Assembly: GCA_037131065.1 (NCBI GenBank)
Contig: JBAXRT010000002.1
Coordinates: 1 to 56,456 of the forward strand
DNA from: a bacterium
GTDB lineage: Bacteria; Bacteroidota; Bacteroidia; Bacteroidales; FEN-979
Length of the DNA stretch: 56,456 nt
Reading direction: 5' to 3'
The notes under the pieces are model-generated. The model was given only the letters and a program-made list of their open reading frames with translations. It was not told where the DNA came from and did no database searches. This document shows positions 16,160 to 24,579 of this stretch, piece by piece. Made by a program: the position numbers and the translations under genes. Position 1 is the first letter of the stretch; each line of letters opens with the position of its first letter.

Positions 16160-17428
16160 TTAGTATTTATACTTATCCTTCCAGAGTGCTCTGAGCCTTG
16201 CTCTCAGTTCGTTTTCCCTGGCATTGTCCTGGGGATCATAAAACTTGCTCCCTTTGATCTTATCAGGCAGGAAATCCTGCTCGACAAAATTGTTATCAAA
16301 ATCATGGGCATACTTGTAATCCTTCCCGTATCCGATTTTTTTCATGAGTGATGTAGGTGCATTCCTCAGGTGCAGGGGAACTGGCTGGTCGCCCAGACTT
16401 TCAATTGTCCTGGCAGCCTTCCGGATGGCTAGATATGAAGCATTGCTTTTTACCGAACATGCCAGATAAATTGCGGTCTGAGAAAGGATCAGGTCACATT
16501 CGGGGTAGCCGATCACATTGACTGCCTGGAAACAGGTGGTGGCAATGAGGAGAGCGTTAGGATTGGCATTTCCGATATCTTCAGATGCAAGGATCAGCAT
16601 CCTGCGGGCAATGAATTTAGGATCTTCACCCGCCCGGATCATCGTTGCGAGCCAGTACACTGCAGCATTTGGATCACTCCCGCGAAGGGATTTTATAAAG
16701 GCGGAGATGATGTCGTAGTGCATTTCACCGGTTTTGTCATAAATGGCAAGATTCTGCTGGATGATCTTGATGGTCTTTTCGTTTGTGATCTCCACAGGAC
16801 CCGTCTGCTTGTGCTCAGTGGTAACAATGAGTTCAAGGGCATTCAGGAGTTTCCTCGCGTCACCGCCGGATATCCTGAGCAGGGCCTCATTCTCCCGGAT
16901 ATCGATGGTTGTTTTCAATGTATCTGCCATGAAATCCTTTGCCTGGACAAGGAGCCGGAGCAGGTGACGTTCCTCGAGCGCTTTCAGGATATAGATCTGG
17001 CAGCGGGACAGAAGCGGAGAGATGACCTCAAAGGATGGATTTTCGGTTGTTGCCCCGATGAAAGTAACCACACCCTTCTCAACCGCCCCCAGGAGTGCAT
17101 CCTGCTGTGATTTGCTGAACCGGTGAATTTCATCAATAAACAGGAAAGGGCTCTCCTTCGACTCGGCGGCTTTGCTGATTACCTCCCTTACCTCTTTCAC
17201 CCCGGAACTCACGGCACTCAATGTATAGAATGTCCGCCTGAGCTGTTTGGAAATGATGTAGGCAAGGGTTGTCTTACCAGAGCCCGGGGGGCCCCATAAG
17301 ATCATTGAAGGAACAGCATCCGACCTGATCGCGTTGTATAGTATGGCATCTTTTCCTATCAGGTGTTCCTGGCCCAGGTACTCTTCCAATGAATTGGGCC
17401 TTAGTTGTTCTGCGAGGGGTACAAGCAT
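16160..17428 (-). CDS. rarA: Replication-associated recombination protein A (AAA+ ATPase)
   Basis: It has [19 protein letters not shown], Walker [10 protein letters not shown], Walker [10 protein letters not shown], and the MgsA C-terminal domain ([25 protein letters not shown]). Confidence 0.9.
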   Translation of the reverse strand: MLVPLAEQLRPNSLEEYLGQEHLIGKDAILYNAIRSDAVPSMILWGPPGSGKTTLAYIISKQLRRTFYTLSAVSSGVKEVREVISKAAESKESPFLFIDEIHRFSKSQQDALLGAVEKGVVTFIGATTENPSFEVISPLLSRCQIYILKALEERHLLRLLVQAKDFMADTLKTTIDIRENEALLRISGGDARKLLNALELIVTTEHKQTGPVEITNEKTIKIIQQNLAIYDKTGEMHYDIISAFIKSLRGSDPNAAVYWLATMIRAGEDPKFIARRMLILASEDIGNANPNALLIATTCFQAVNVIGYPECDLILSQTAIYLACSVKSNASYLAIRKAARTIESLGDQPVPLHLRNAPTSLMKKIGYGKDYKYAHDFDNNFVEQDFLPDKIKGSKFYDPQDNARENELRARLRALWKDKYKY

Positions 17429-17446
17429 TAAATCTCATCTTTGAGC

Positions 17447-17454
17447 CAAAGATA
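17447..17454 (-). promoter_or_regulatory. -7 promoter box (TATCTTTG on the minus strand) for rarA
   Basis: The plus strand reads CAAAGATA, 19 nt upstream of the start at 17428. Confidence 0.45.
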
Positions 17455-17525
17455 CTTGAATTATCCGTTATCCTATTTACTACTTTTGTCCCGAATGGGA
17501 TCGTTGAAGGATGAATTTCTTAAAA

Positions 17526-17587
17526 AATGTTAAAATTATTCTCATTGAATATCAATGATTTATGTAAAATGTTAAAAAATGTTAAAA
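17526..17587. repeat. Three copies of AATGTTAAAA flanking a CATTGA-nnn-TCAATG inverted repeat
   Basis: AATGTTAAAA occurs at 17526-35, 17568-77 and 17578-87. The palindrome CATTGAATATCAATG lies at 17543-57. The block sits in the divergent intergenic region between rarA and the lipoprotein gene. Confidence 0.7.
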
Positions 17588-17628
17588 AAAAGTAACCCAA
17601 AAATTTGGATGGTATTAATCTATTGAGT

Positions 17629-17636
17629 TATCTTTG
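17629..17636 (+). promoter_or_regulatory. -7 promoter box TATCTTTG, with a -33 TTTG at 17604-17607, for the lipoprotein gene
   Basis: Matches TAnnTTTG, and a TTTG lies 21 nt upstream. The ATG is at 17665. Confidence 0.5.
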
Positions 17637-17664
17637 CATCGAATTTAAAAAAATCAATAAACAG

Positions 17665-17925
17665 ATGAAAAAACTCGCAACATTATTAGTCATTGGCGCA
17701 GTAGCTTTCATGTCCTCCTGCGGCCCAAGCGCAAAAGAACTGGAAGAAAAAAGAATTGCTGATTCCATCCGCGTAGCTGATTCTTTAGCAATGGTTCAGG
17801 CAGAAACTCAGAGAGTTGCTGACTCGATTGCAAAAGCTCAGGAAGAAAAGAGAATCAATGATTCAATCGCCCATCAGGATTCCATTAAAAAGGGTCTGAT
17901 TAAAGTAAAAAAAGGTAAGAAGTAA
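17665..17925 (+). CDS. Small lipoprotein with repeated (A/N)DSI motifs
   Basis: The signal peptide and lipobox read MKKLATLLVIGAVAFMSSC. The mature part contains RIADSIRVADSL...RVADSIAKAQEEKRINDSIAHQDSI. The track ORF start at 17605 is rejected. Confidence 0.6.
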   Translation: MKKLATLLVIGAVAFMSSCGPSAKELEEKRIADSIRVADSLAMVQAETQRVADSIAKAQEEKRINDSIAHQDSIKKGLIKVKKGKK

Positions 17926-17940
17926 AACTTCCAGCCTGAT

Positions 17941-17978
17941 AAAGAAAAAGCCCCGCTCAAACGGGGCTTTTTCTTTTT
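17941..17978. terminator. Bidirectional rho-independent terminator shared by the lipoprotein gene and pntB
   Basis: The hairpin is AGCCCCG-CTCAAA-CGGGGCT (17949-17968), flanked by an A-run upstream and a T-run downstream. Confidence 0.75.
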
Positions 17979-19449
17979 ACAGATTTTTAATCTCCGCAAC
18001 CAGCTTTTGCATCGTCGCTTTTGCGTCTCCGAAGAGCATCCTCGTTTTTGGATGATAGAAAAGGTTGTTTTCGATGGCAGCATACCCTTTTGCCATGCTC
18101 CGCTTCATGATGATAGTGTTCTTTGCCTCCCATACCTTGATCACCGGCATCCCGTAAATAGGGCTTGACGGGTCATCTTCCGCTGCAGGATTGACCACAT
18201 CGTTTGCACCGACCACGATCACCACATCTGTATTCAGCATTTCGTTGTTAGCCTCCTCCATCTCAAGGAGTTTTTCATAAGGGACATCCGCTTCGGCCAG
18301 GAGAACATTCATGTGCCCGGGCATGCGGCCGGCTACCGGGTGAATACCATATTTAACTTCAACTCCTTTGGTGGCAAGCAATACATCCAGTTCGTGGCAG
18401 AGGTGCTGGGCCTGTGCGACGGCAAGTCCATATCCCGGAACGATCAGGACTTTCTGTGAATAATTCAGCAGTACGGAGGCATCACTGAGCGAAATTTCCT
18501 TTACTGATTTATCTGAGGAGGCTTCGGCTCCAACCTTGCTGACTCCAAAAGCGCCAATGATCACATTTAACAACGAGCGGTTCATCGCCTTGCACATCAG
18601 GATAGTAAGAATGGTTCCTGAAGAACCTACAAGGATCCCGCCGGTAAGCATCGCCTGGTTGTTGTAAAGAAATCCCCCCATGGCAGCGGCGACACCGGTA
18701 AATGAGTTAAGAAGGGAGATAACCACCGGCATATCGGCACCACCGATAGGCATAACAAATGTTACTCCGTATAGCAACGCCAGTATTGCAAAAAGGTAGA
18801 TGGCCGTATTGTTATCCTTCACGGGCGTCATCGTCATGATAAAGACGATCCCGGCCAGCAACAGGAACATCAGGAAAAGGTTTAGATACCTTAATACGGG
18901 GGATTTGATGTCCCCGATCTTTTCGTCGAGTTTCCCAAAGGCGATCATGCTTCCTGCAAAGGATACGCCACCGATCATGAGACCCAGCAGGATCGCGATG
19001 GCCTCACCGTTGAACATATTTGTACTCCCTTCGGCAGCAAGGATATTCTGCATCTTGGGAAATTCCATTAATGATATCAGCGCAGCGCAGGCTCCGCCCA
19101 TTCCGTTGAACAGGGATACCATTTGCGGCATTGCAGTCATCTTTACCTTTTTTGCTGCGAACCAGCCGATGAAAATACCGATGGCGAGGGCTGCAACGAT
19201 GAACCCGATGTTGTGTATGCCTTCGTAGGTGCCATCTTCGCCTTTTATTTTATGAAAAAGTATTGTGCAGAGAATGGCCAGTCCCATCCCAATGGCTGCC
19301 CAGAGGTTTCCGTTCCTGGCGGTATCCGGGTGGCTTAGCTTTTTCAATCCTACAACAAAAAGTACTGAAGCCAGTATATAGGAGATCTCAAGGATTGAAA
19401 TCCATGGAGAGAACTCAAAAGTCTTGGTTAAAGTTTCCATCATTTCCAT
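17977..19449 (-). CDS. pntB: NAD(P) transhydrogenase subunit beta
   Basis: It has a multi-TM N-terminal half and a C-terminal NADP(H) domain (VLIVPGYGLAVAQAQH, HPVAGRMPGHMNVLLAEA, VIVVGANDVVNPAA). Confidence 0.9.
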   Translation of the reverse strand: MEMMETLTKTFEFSPWISILEISYILASVLFVVGLKKLSHPDTARNGNLWAAIGMGLAILCTILFHKIKGEDGTYEGIHNIGFIVAALAIGIFIGWFAAKKVKMTAMPQMVSLFNGMGGACAALISLMEFPKMQNILAAEGSTNMFNGEAIAILLGLMIGGVSFAGSMIAFGKLDEKIGDIKSPVLRYLNLFLMFLLLAGIVFIMTMTPVKDNNTAIYLFAILALLYGVTFVMPIGGADMPVVISLLNSFTGVAAAMGGFLYNNQAMLTGGILVGSSGTILTILMCKAMNRSLLNVIIGAFGVSKVGAEASSDKSVKEISLSDASVLLNYSQKVLIVPGYGLAVAQAQHLCHELDVLLATKGVEVKYGIHPVAGRMPGHMNVLLAEADVPYEKLLEMEEANNEMLNTDVVIVVGANDVVNPAAEDDPSSPIYGMPVIKVWEAKNTIIMKRSMAKGYAAIENNLFYHPKTRMLFGDAKATMQKLVAEIKNL

Positions 19450-19457
19450 CTGATCCC

Positions 19458-19769
19458 TTATTTCTTATTCTTCTTCTTTCTGAACATTTCCAGCATTCGG
19501 TCGGTCACGACAAAACCACCCACCACATTCAGCGTCCCCAGGATAACCGCAATGAATCCCAGAACCATGGAAAGTGTATTCTGTGCATGCCCCATCACAA
19601 TGATCGCGCCAATGATCACGACCCCATGGATCGCGTTGGCGCCCGACATTAGCGGGGTATGCAAAACCGAAGGTACATGGGAGATCACCTCAATTCCAAG
19701 GAAAATAGAGAGGATAATAATAAATATCGCCTCCCGGTATTCGATAAAAAATTTCAATATCTCATTCAT
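19458..19769 (-). CDS. pntA: NAD(P) transhydrogenase subunit alpha, part 2 (membrane segment)
   Basis: 103 aa with three TM helices (HTPLMSGANAIHGVVIIGAI). It lies between the alpha-1 and beta genes, as in split PntAA/PntAB/PntB systems. Confidence 0.85.
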   Translation of the reverse strand: MNEILKFFIEYREAIFIIILSIFLGIEVISHVPSVLHTPLMSGANAIHGVVIIGAIIVMGHAQNTLSMVLGFIAVILGTLNVVGGFVVTDRMLEMFRKKKNKK

Positions 19770-19780
19770 GTTCTTAATGT

Positions 19781-20908
19781 TTATGCGTTGACGGCTGTTT
19801 TTATCCTTTCGTTGACGATCTCTTTATTGTGGGTCACACAAGTCCCCTTAACAATATCATCTTCCCAGTTAAGGTTAAACTCCCCTTTTGCATTGATCAT
19901 CAGTTTGAGGAAGTTTATAACATTCTTTCCGAACATTTTACTGGCATCGGTAGGCATATCCACAGGGAATGACGAATTCCCGATGATCCTTACACCCTGG
20001 TGAAGAACGGATTCTCCGTTCCTGGTCAGCTCACAGTTACCACCCGTGGATGCTGCGAGGTCGATGATAACCGACCCGGCCTTCATCTTTTCCACGGTTT
20101 CTCTGGTCAGCAGCAACGGGGCCTTTCTTCCCGGAATCTGTGCGGTGCATATCACGGCATCCGATTTTACAGCGTGATTATGGATGGCTTCCGCCTGGAG
20201 CTTTTTGTACTCCTCGGTTTGTTCGACGGCGTATCCTCCCGCTGCTTTATCATCCGTAGAGCCTTCCACCTCGACAAACTTGCCTCCAAGTCCGGTTACC
20301 TCCTCCTTTACGGCTTTCCTGACATCAAAGACCTCCACGACGGCCCCCAGTTTCCTCGAAGTAGCAAGGGCCTGCAAACCAGCGACACCAGCTCCAAGGA
20401 TCAGTACCTTGGCAGGTGTGATCGTACCCGCGGCTGTCATGAACATCGGAAAAAATTTTGGCAGGTTATTCGCTGCGGTAAGAACCGCCTTATATCCTGC
20501 CACAGTAGCCATCGATGAGAGAATATCCATCGATTGTGCCCGGGAGGTCCGCGGTATTACATCCAGGCTGAAGCTTGTAATATTCTTCTTCGCGAGGTTG
20601 CGGATGATACCGGTGTTGAAGTAAGGGTTGAGTACGGCAAGCAGAATCTTGCCTTCACCCAGGAGGCCAAGTTCTGCATCTGACAGAGGGTTTATCTTTA
20701 CAACCAGATCGGCCTGTTTAAGCAGCTCCTCCCTGGAAACAATTTTACCCCCTGCCTGGATGTATTCGTTATCTGAGGCAAATGCCCCTGAACCTGCCTC
20801 CTTTTCAATCAACATCACGACTCCCATCTTTGAGAGTGTTGATACGGCTTCAGGAAGCATTGATACACGTCTCTCCGGTGCTTCTTCTTTTAAAATCCCT
20901 ATGAACAT
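19781..20908 (-). CDS. pntA: NAD(P) transhydrogenase subunit alpha, part 1 (soluble NAD(H) domain)
   Basis: It has an alanine-dehydrogenase/PNT fold, with ERRVSMLPE, the Rossmann motif VLILGAGVAGLQA, and TAQIPGRKAP. Confidence 0.9.
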   Translation of the reverse strand: MFIGILKEEAPERRVSMLPEAVSTLSKMGVVMLIEKEAGSGAFASDNEYIQAGGKIVSREELLKQADLVVKINPLSDAELGLLGEGKILLAVLNPYFNTGIIRNLAKKNITSFSLDVIPRTSRAQSMDILSSMATVAGYKAVLTAANNLPKFFPMFMTAAGTITPAKVLILGAGVAGLQALATSRKLGAVVEVFDVRKAVKEEVTGLGGKFVEVEGSTDDKAAGGYAVEQTEEYKKLQAEAIHNHAVKSDAVICTAQIPGRKAPLLLTRETVEKMKAGSVIIDLAASTGGNCELTRNGESVLHQGVRIIGNSSFPVDMPTDASKMFGKNVINFLKLMINAKGEFNLNWEDDIVKGTCVTHNKEIVNERIKTAVNA

Positions 20909-20957
20909 ATTGAATGGTTTAATTCAGATTTGAAAATCACTGTGTATATTAAGGCAG

Positions 20958-21449
20958 TCAATCTTTGAATCCTGCGTTATGATGGCTTCCATCGCAGAAA
21001 GGCTTTTTCTTGGTACTTCCGCAACGGCAGAGTGCAGCAAGTTTATTATCAACTTTGATCTTCTTTTTCTGGACGTCACGTATCAGAAAGTTCCCGCTGA
21101 CAAGCATCGGTCCGTCCTTTAATATCTGGATGCGGGCGAATTTGACCTTCTTCTTGCCCGATTTCCTGGGCCTGGAAGTAACGAATTTTGTGCTTTTCAG
21201 GTAGGTCAACGCCCTTGATGGACAGGTGTCGACCACTTTCATGATATCTTTACTGTTTGATCCGTGGATATTGATCCAGGGGCGCTTCTGTGTATTAAAA
21301 ACATCAGGTAATCCGATCAGGCAATTTGCCGAATGGATACAGAGGTCAGGATTCCAGAACACGGTGATCTCGCCGTTCGAATAATCCCTGACAGATTCCT
21401 TGTTCTTTTTATATTCGGTCAATTCGGACCGCGTCACTTTATTTGTCAT
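20958..21449 (-). CDS. Iron-sulfur protein: divergent 4Fe-4S mono-cluster (Fer4_19/DUF1271-like) domain fused to a CDGSH domain
   Basis: The N-terminal half has ITVFWNPDLCIHSANC...DTCPSRAL. The C-terminus has CRCGSTKKKPFCDGSHH, which matches the CDGSH signature C-x-C-x2-(S/T)-x3-P-x-C-D-G-(S/A/T)-H. Confidence 0.8.
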   Translation of the reverse strand: MTNKVTRSELTEYKKNKESVRDYSNGEITVFWNPDLCIHSANCLIGLPDVFNTQKRPWINIHGSNSKDIMKVVDTCPSRALTYLKSTKFVTSRPRKSGKKKVKFARIQILKDGPMLVSGNFLIRDVQKKKIKVDNKLAALCRCGSTKKKPFCDGSHHNAGFKD

Positions 21450-21496
21450 TTCATCAAAGATTAAATTTGCGTAAAATTAAAATAAATTGCCATTCA

Positions 21497-22705
21497 TTAT
21501 TCGATGATCAGTTTCCTGGTCTCAACGACGTTCTTTCCCCTAATTTTCAATACATAGGCCCCTGGACTGAACCAGCTGACGTCAAGACTGAGTTTTTCAT
21601 TGAATGATCCAGCTGCCAACATTTCTCCCCTTACTGAATATACTTCATAACTGATCTTTTCGGATACTCCCGAGCTGACGGTAATGATGTTGTGTGAAGG
21701 ATTTGGGAATATTTCCAGGATCAATGGGTCACCGGTAATTTCATCCGTTCCAACCGGATTGTAGGGAATCGCGAGTGTAGCGACCGCAGCAAGTCCTCCC
21801 TGTATCAGGTTTTTAGCCAATTCAGGAGAGTTGAAGCTGGGGCCGACAAGGTCATTGGTCGTATGTATAAAAGGACTGTAGTACTCATCGTCCTCAAAGG
21901 GAAAGATACCCTGGTATCCCCAGGCATTGAAGGTGGCGTGGTCGCTGCTGCCGTCATCATAGGCTCCCTGCTCAATAGTGAAATCAGGAAGGTATATTGC
22001 TGCCACATCGATATAGAAGTCAGCGAGCGATTGAGCACCGGGTGGGTTAAGCATATCGCTGTGAAGCGCAGTACCGGCTTCGTGGTAACCGATCATATCC
22101 ATGTTGAAATAGCCGAGCAGGTTCATGCCCTGATTCTGGCACCTGCCTACAAAGGCGTCACTTCCCGCAAGGCCATACTCCTCTGCAGAGAAGGCACAGA
22201 AAATGATGGACCTTTTAAATTTGTACTGGCTCAGGATCCTGGCAACTTCCAGGACACCCGATGTTCCTGAAGCATTGTCATCGGCGCCAGGGGCCCGGAA
22301 GCTGGATGTCCATGAATCGTAATGACCACCCAGCACAACATATTCGTTGGGGAGAACCTGGCCGGTTATTGTCGCAATGACATTGTCGCTAGGATTATCA
22401 TTGTAAAGGGGGAAATCCTGCAATTCAACCGGTAATCCAAGTGCTTCATACTGGCTCTTTATCCAGTTCTGCGCTTCAACTGCATCCGGTGTAAAACAAT
22501 CCCTTGTCTGATAATCCTGAAGGTGCCGGATCCGATCAATCACAAAACCGGTATCAACCTCGTTGATCCATTGAAAAATTACATTAAAAGTATCTGCTTT
22601 ATACTGAAATGCCTGCTGGGCTGAAACAGGAAGAGAAAAATTGAAAGAGAAAAACAGAACCAGCAAGGAGGTCCATGCTTTAATGATCGGTCTGTGTATG
22701 TTCAT
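21497..22705 (-). CDS. M28 family aminopeptidase with a T9SS type A C-terminal sorting domain
   Basis: It has a signal peptide, the M28 metal-ligand context (LGGHYDSW, GADDNASG, FSAEEYGLAGS, HTTND), and the C-terminal sequence LEIFPNPSHNIITVS...GAYVLKIRGKNVVETRKLIIE. Confidence 0.85.
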   Translation of the reverse strand: MNIHRPIIKAWTSLLVLFFSFNFSLPVSAQQAFQYKADTFNVIFQWINEVDTGFVIDRIRHLQDYQTRDCFTPDAVEAQNWIKSQYEALGLPVELQDFPLYNDNPSDNVIATITGQVLPNEYVVLGGHYDSWTSSFRAPGADDNASGTSGVLEVARILSQYKFKRSIIFCAFSAEEYGLAGSDAFVGRCQNQGMNLLGYFNMDMIGYHEAGTALHSDMLNPPGAQSLADFYIDVAAIYLPDFTIEQGAYDDGSSDHATFNAWGYQGIFPFEDDEYYSPFIHTTNDLVGPSFNSPELAKNLIQGGLAAVATLAIPYNPVGTDEITGDPLILEIFPNPSHNIITVSSGVSEKISYEVYSVRGEMLAAGSFNEKLSLDVSWFSPGAYVLKIRGKNVVETRKLIIE

Positions 22706-22794
22706 ACCTGCTGTTTTAAGTTGGTAGTCACTTCACAAAATTAAGATAAAATCCGGCTCCTCAATCAGGACCGGCTTTTCAATTAATATAAATG

Positions 22795-22822
22795 AAAAAG
22801 CCCGTAACCAAAGGTCACGGGC
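22795..22822 (-). terminator. Rho-independent terminator for the 22849..23202 gene
   Basis: The hairpin pairs GCCCGTAACC with GGTCACGGGC (9 of 10 bp, AAA loop). A T-run follows on the minus strand. Confidence 0.6.
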
Positions 22823-22848
22823 AGGAGCTAAACCAGCAGGTTTTAGAT

Positions 22849-23202
22849 TCAGGTGAGTTTGAACTCAAGGATTACCCGGTAATGTTGGTTATAAGTTCCC
22901 AGGATCTCCTTGCAACAGATCTTTGACAGTTGTTCTGTAATATTCTCAGTGATCCTTTTGTCGTTTGCTTTAATCTTTTCAACAACTATTTTTCCCTCGT
23001 CATTGATTGTAAAGATTACCTCAACAGTTCCTTCAATGGATTCTTTCAGGGCTAACGGTGGATATTTTACTGATTCTTTAATGATGGCATGAACATCTTT
23101 TGCGGGTTGTACGGAGGTCTTTCCTGCCATGCAGGTTCCGGTCATGCATGCACCGATTATTAAAAAGGTGACGACTGCTTTTATCAGATTTGTTGTTCTC
23201 AT
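22849..23202 (-). CDS. Small lipoprotein with a TonB-C-terminal-like domain
   Basis: The lipobox reads FLIIGAC. The sequence VKYPPLALKESIEGTVEVIFTINDEGKIVV follows the TonB_C pattern YPxxAxxxxxxGxVxVxFxIxxxGxV. Confidence 0.55.
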   Translation of the reverse strand: MRTTNLIKAVVTFLIIGACMTGTCMAGKTSVQPAKDVHAIIKESVKYPPLALKESIEGTVEVIFTINDEGKIVVEKIKANDKRITENITEQLSKICCKEILGTYNQHYRVILEFKLT

Positions 23203-23232
23203 GGTTTTTGTGTGTTTGAATTAAGTACATCA

Positions 23233-23240
23233 CAAAAATA
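23233..23240 (-). promoter_or_regulatory. -7 promoter box (TATTTTTG on the minus strand) for the TonB_C-like gene
   Basis: The plus strand reads CAAAAATA, 31 nt upstream of the start at 23202. Confidence 0.45.
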
Positions 23241-23400
23241 GATCGGGCAGGAGGGGCAAAACAATTCTTTTCTATGACCCTAAAACTGAGATCGTGAAAA
23301 TCGTACTTGCTATCGATAAAATGAAGGCATCCAGGAAAAGGGTGAAATTATCGTCGGTCAACCTGTTTAAAGTATCGGTAAAACAAGATGGTTTTTTCAT

Positions 23401-23408
23401 TAATTTTG
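23401..23408 (+). promoter_or_regulatory. -7 promoter box TAATTTTG for the STAS gene
   Basis: Matches TAnnTTTG, 42 nt upstream of the ATG at 23450. Confidence 0.45.
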
Positions 23409-23449
23409 GTCCTTCCTGAATTTCATTTTATCAATTAATCTATAGTGTT

Positions 23450-24541
23450 ATGGAAATTAATACTGATTCTATCCTTCGATGCATCACCATCAAAGGCAGG
23501 CTGGATGCAATGAGCAGCAATGAACTGGAGTTTGCCGTTTCAGAGTTGACCGGAACTGGCGAGGATCTTGTTATTGATATGTCGGAATGTAATTACTTAT
23601 CCAGTGCAGGGATCAGAATACTCCTTCAAACCAAGAAGAAACTTCACCCTGCACAATGTGATCTTTTCCTGACGGGGGTCTCTACGGAAGTTATGAGGGT
23701 TCTAGAAATTGCTGGACTAGCAGGAACATTCCGGTTCGAGGACCATGTTAAGGCGGCACTGGCGCTAATGGAAGCTGGCAGAATAAGCAAGTTGGGGACC
23801 ACCGACATTTCGGTCGGGCATCACAAACTGATCTACCACCCGGTCGGAGATGAAAAGATCACAGGAAAATACATCAATGTCAGAAAGGAGATCACCATTG
23901 AAGAACTTGGTTATGCGATGGGTTTCGGATCCATTTCTGAGACAGATGCCGGCCATTCAGACTGTCAGGATCTCTTTGTTTCCATAAAGAAGGGATTTGG
24001 TTTTCTGCCTCCGGAAAATGCAGGTGATCCTGACTTCAGAATGATATCCTGCCCCGAAAAAACAGCCATCTCTTTATGCGAGGCACTGTCGTTCGGGCAC
24101 AAACCGTCGGGTATGCTTAAACTTGCCTCACCGGGGCTGCTCTCATTCAGTGAAGTGAATGAGGCTGTTGCCGAGGTATCCGCAAAAATATTTTCACCAG
24201 GTTCGGTAACCCTGAGGATAGTTGCGAACTTTGATATGAGTGCGCCCTCACTTAGTATCTTTTTGGCAAAAGACGAAAATTTTGCTGACCTGGTCCGGGA
24301 AACCGGCCTCAGGAGGTTTGCAAAGCTGCTTGATGACAAAACCGGCACCAGTGACTATATTGGTATCAGGATTTTATTGAGCAATCTGGAAATTTCTTCA
24401 GAGAAAATGGCGCCTGAGGAGATACTGAGAAAAAATCTGACCTTTGAGAACATCATGGCAGTCAGGCCATTCAGCATGAGCAGTTTCCTTGAAGATCCGG
24501 TGGTCTGGCTGTTTAATGCCGGCAGTTTTACATTAGCCTGA
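23450..24541 (+). CDS. STAS (anti-sigma-factor-antagonist-like) domain protein with an uncharacterised ~250-aa C-terminal extension
   Basis: The N-terminal ~105 aa read ITIKGRLDAMSSNELEFAV...LVIDMSECNYLSSAGIRILLQTKKKL...LFLTGVSTEVMRVLEIAGL, a SpoIIAA/STAS pattern with Ser at the phospho-site position. I do not recognise the rest. Confidence 0.75.
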   Translation: MEINTDSILRCITIKGRLDAMSSNELEFAVSELTGTGEDLVIDMSECNYLSSAGIRILLQTKKKLHPAQCDLFLTGVSTEVMRVLEIAGLAGTFRFEDHVKAALALMEAGRISKLGTTDISVGHHKLIYHPVGDEKITGKYINVRKEITIEELGYAMGFGSISETDAGHSDCQDLFVSIKKGFGFLPPENAGDPDFRMISCPEKTAISLCEALSFGHKPSGMLKLASPGLLSFSEVNEAVAEVSAKIFSPGSVTLRIVANFDMSAPSLSIFLAKDENFADLVRETGLRRFAKLLDDKTGTSDYIGIRILLSNLEISSEKMAPEEILRKNLTFENIMAVRPFSMSSFLEDPVVWLFNAGSFTLA

Positions 24542-24579
24542 GAGTAAGTAAGGCAGTGATCGCAGAGTAAGAGAAAAAA

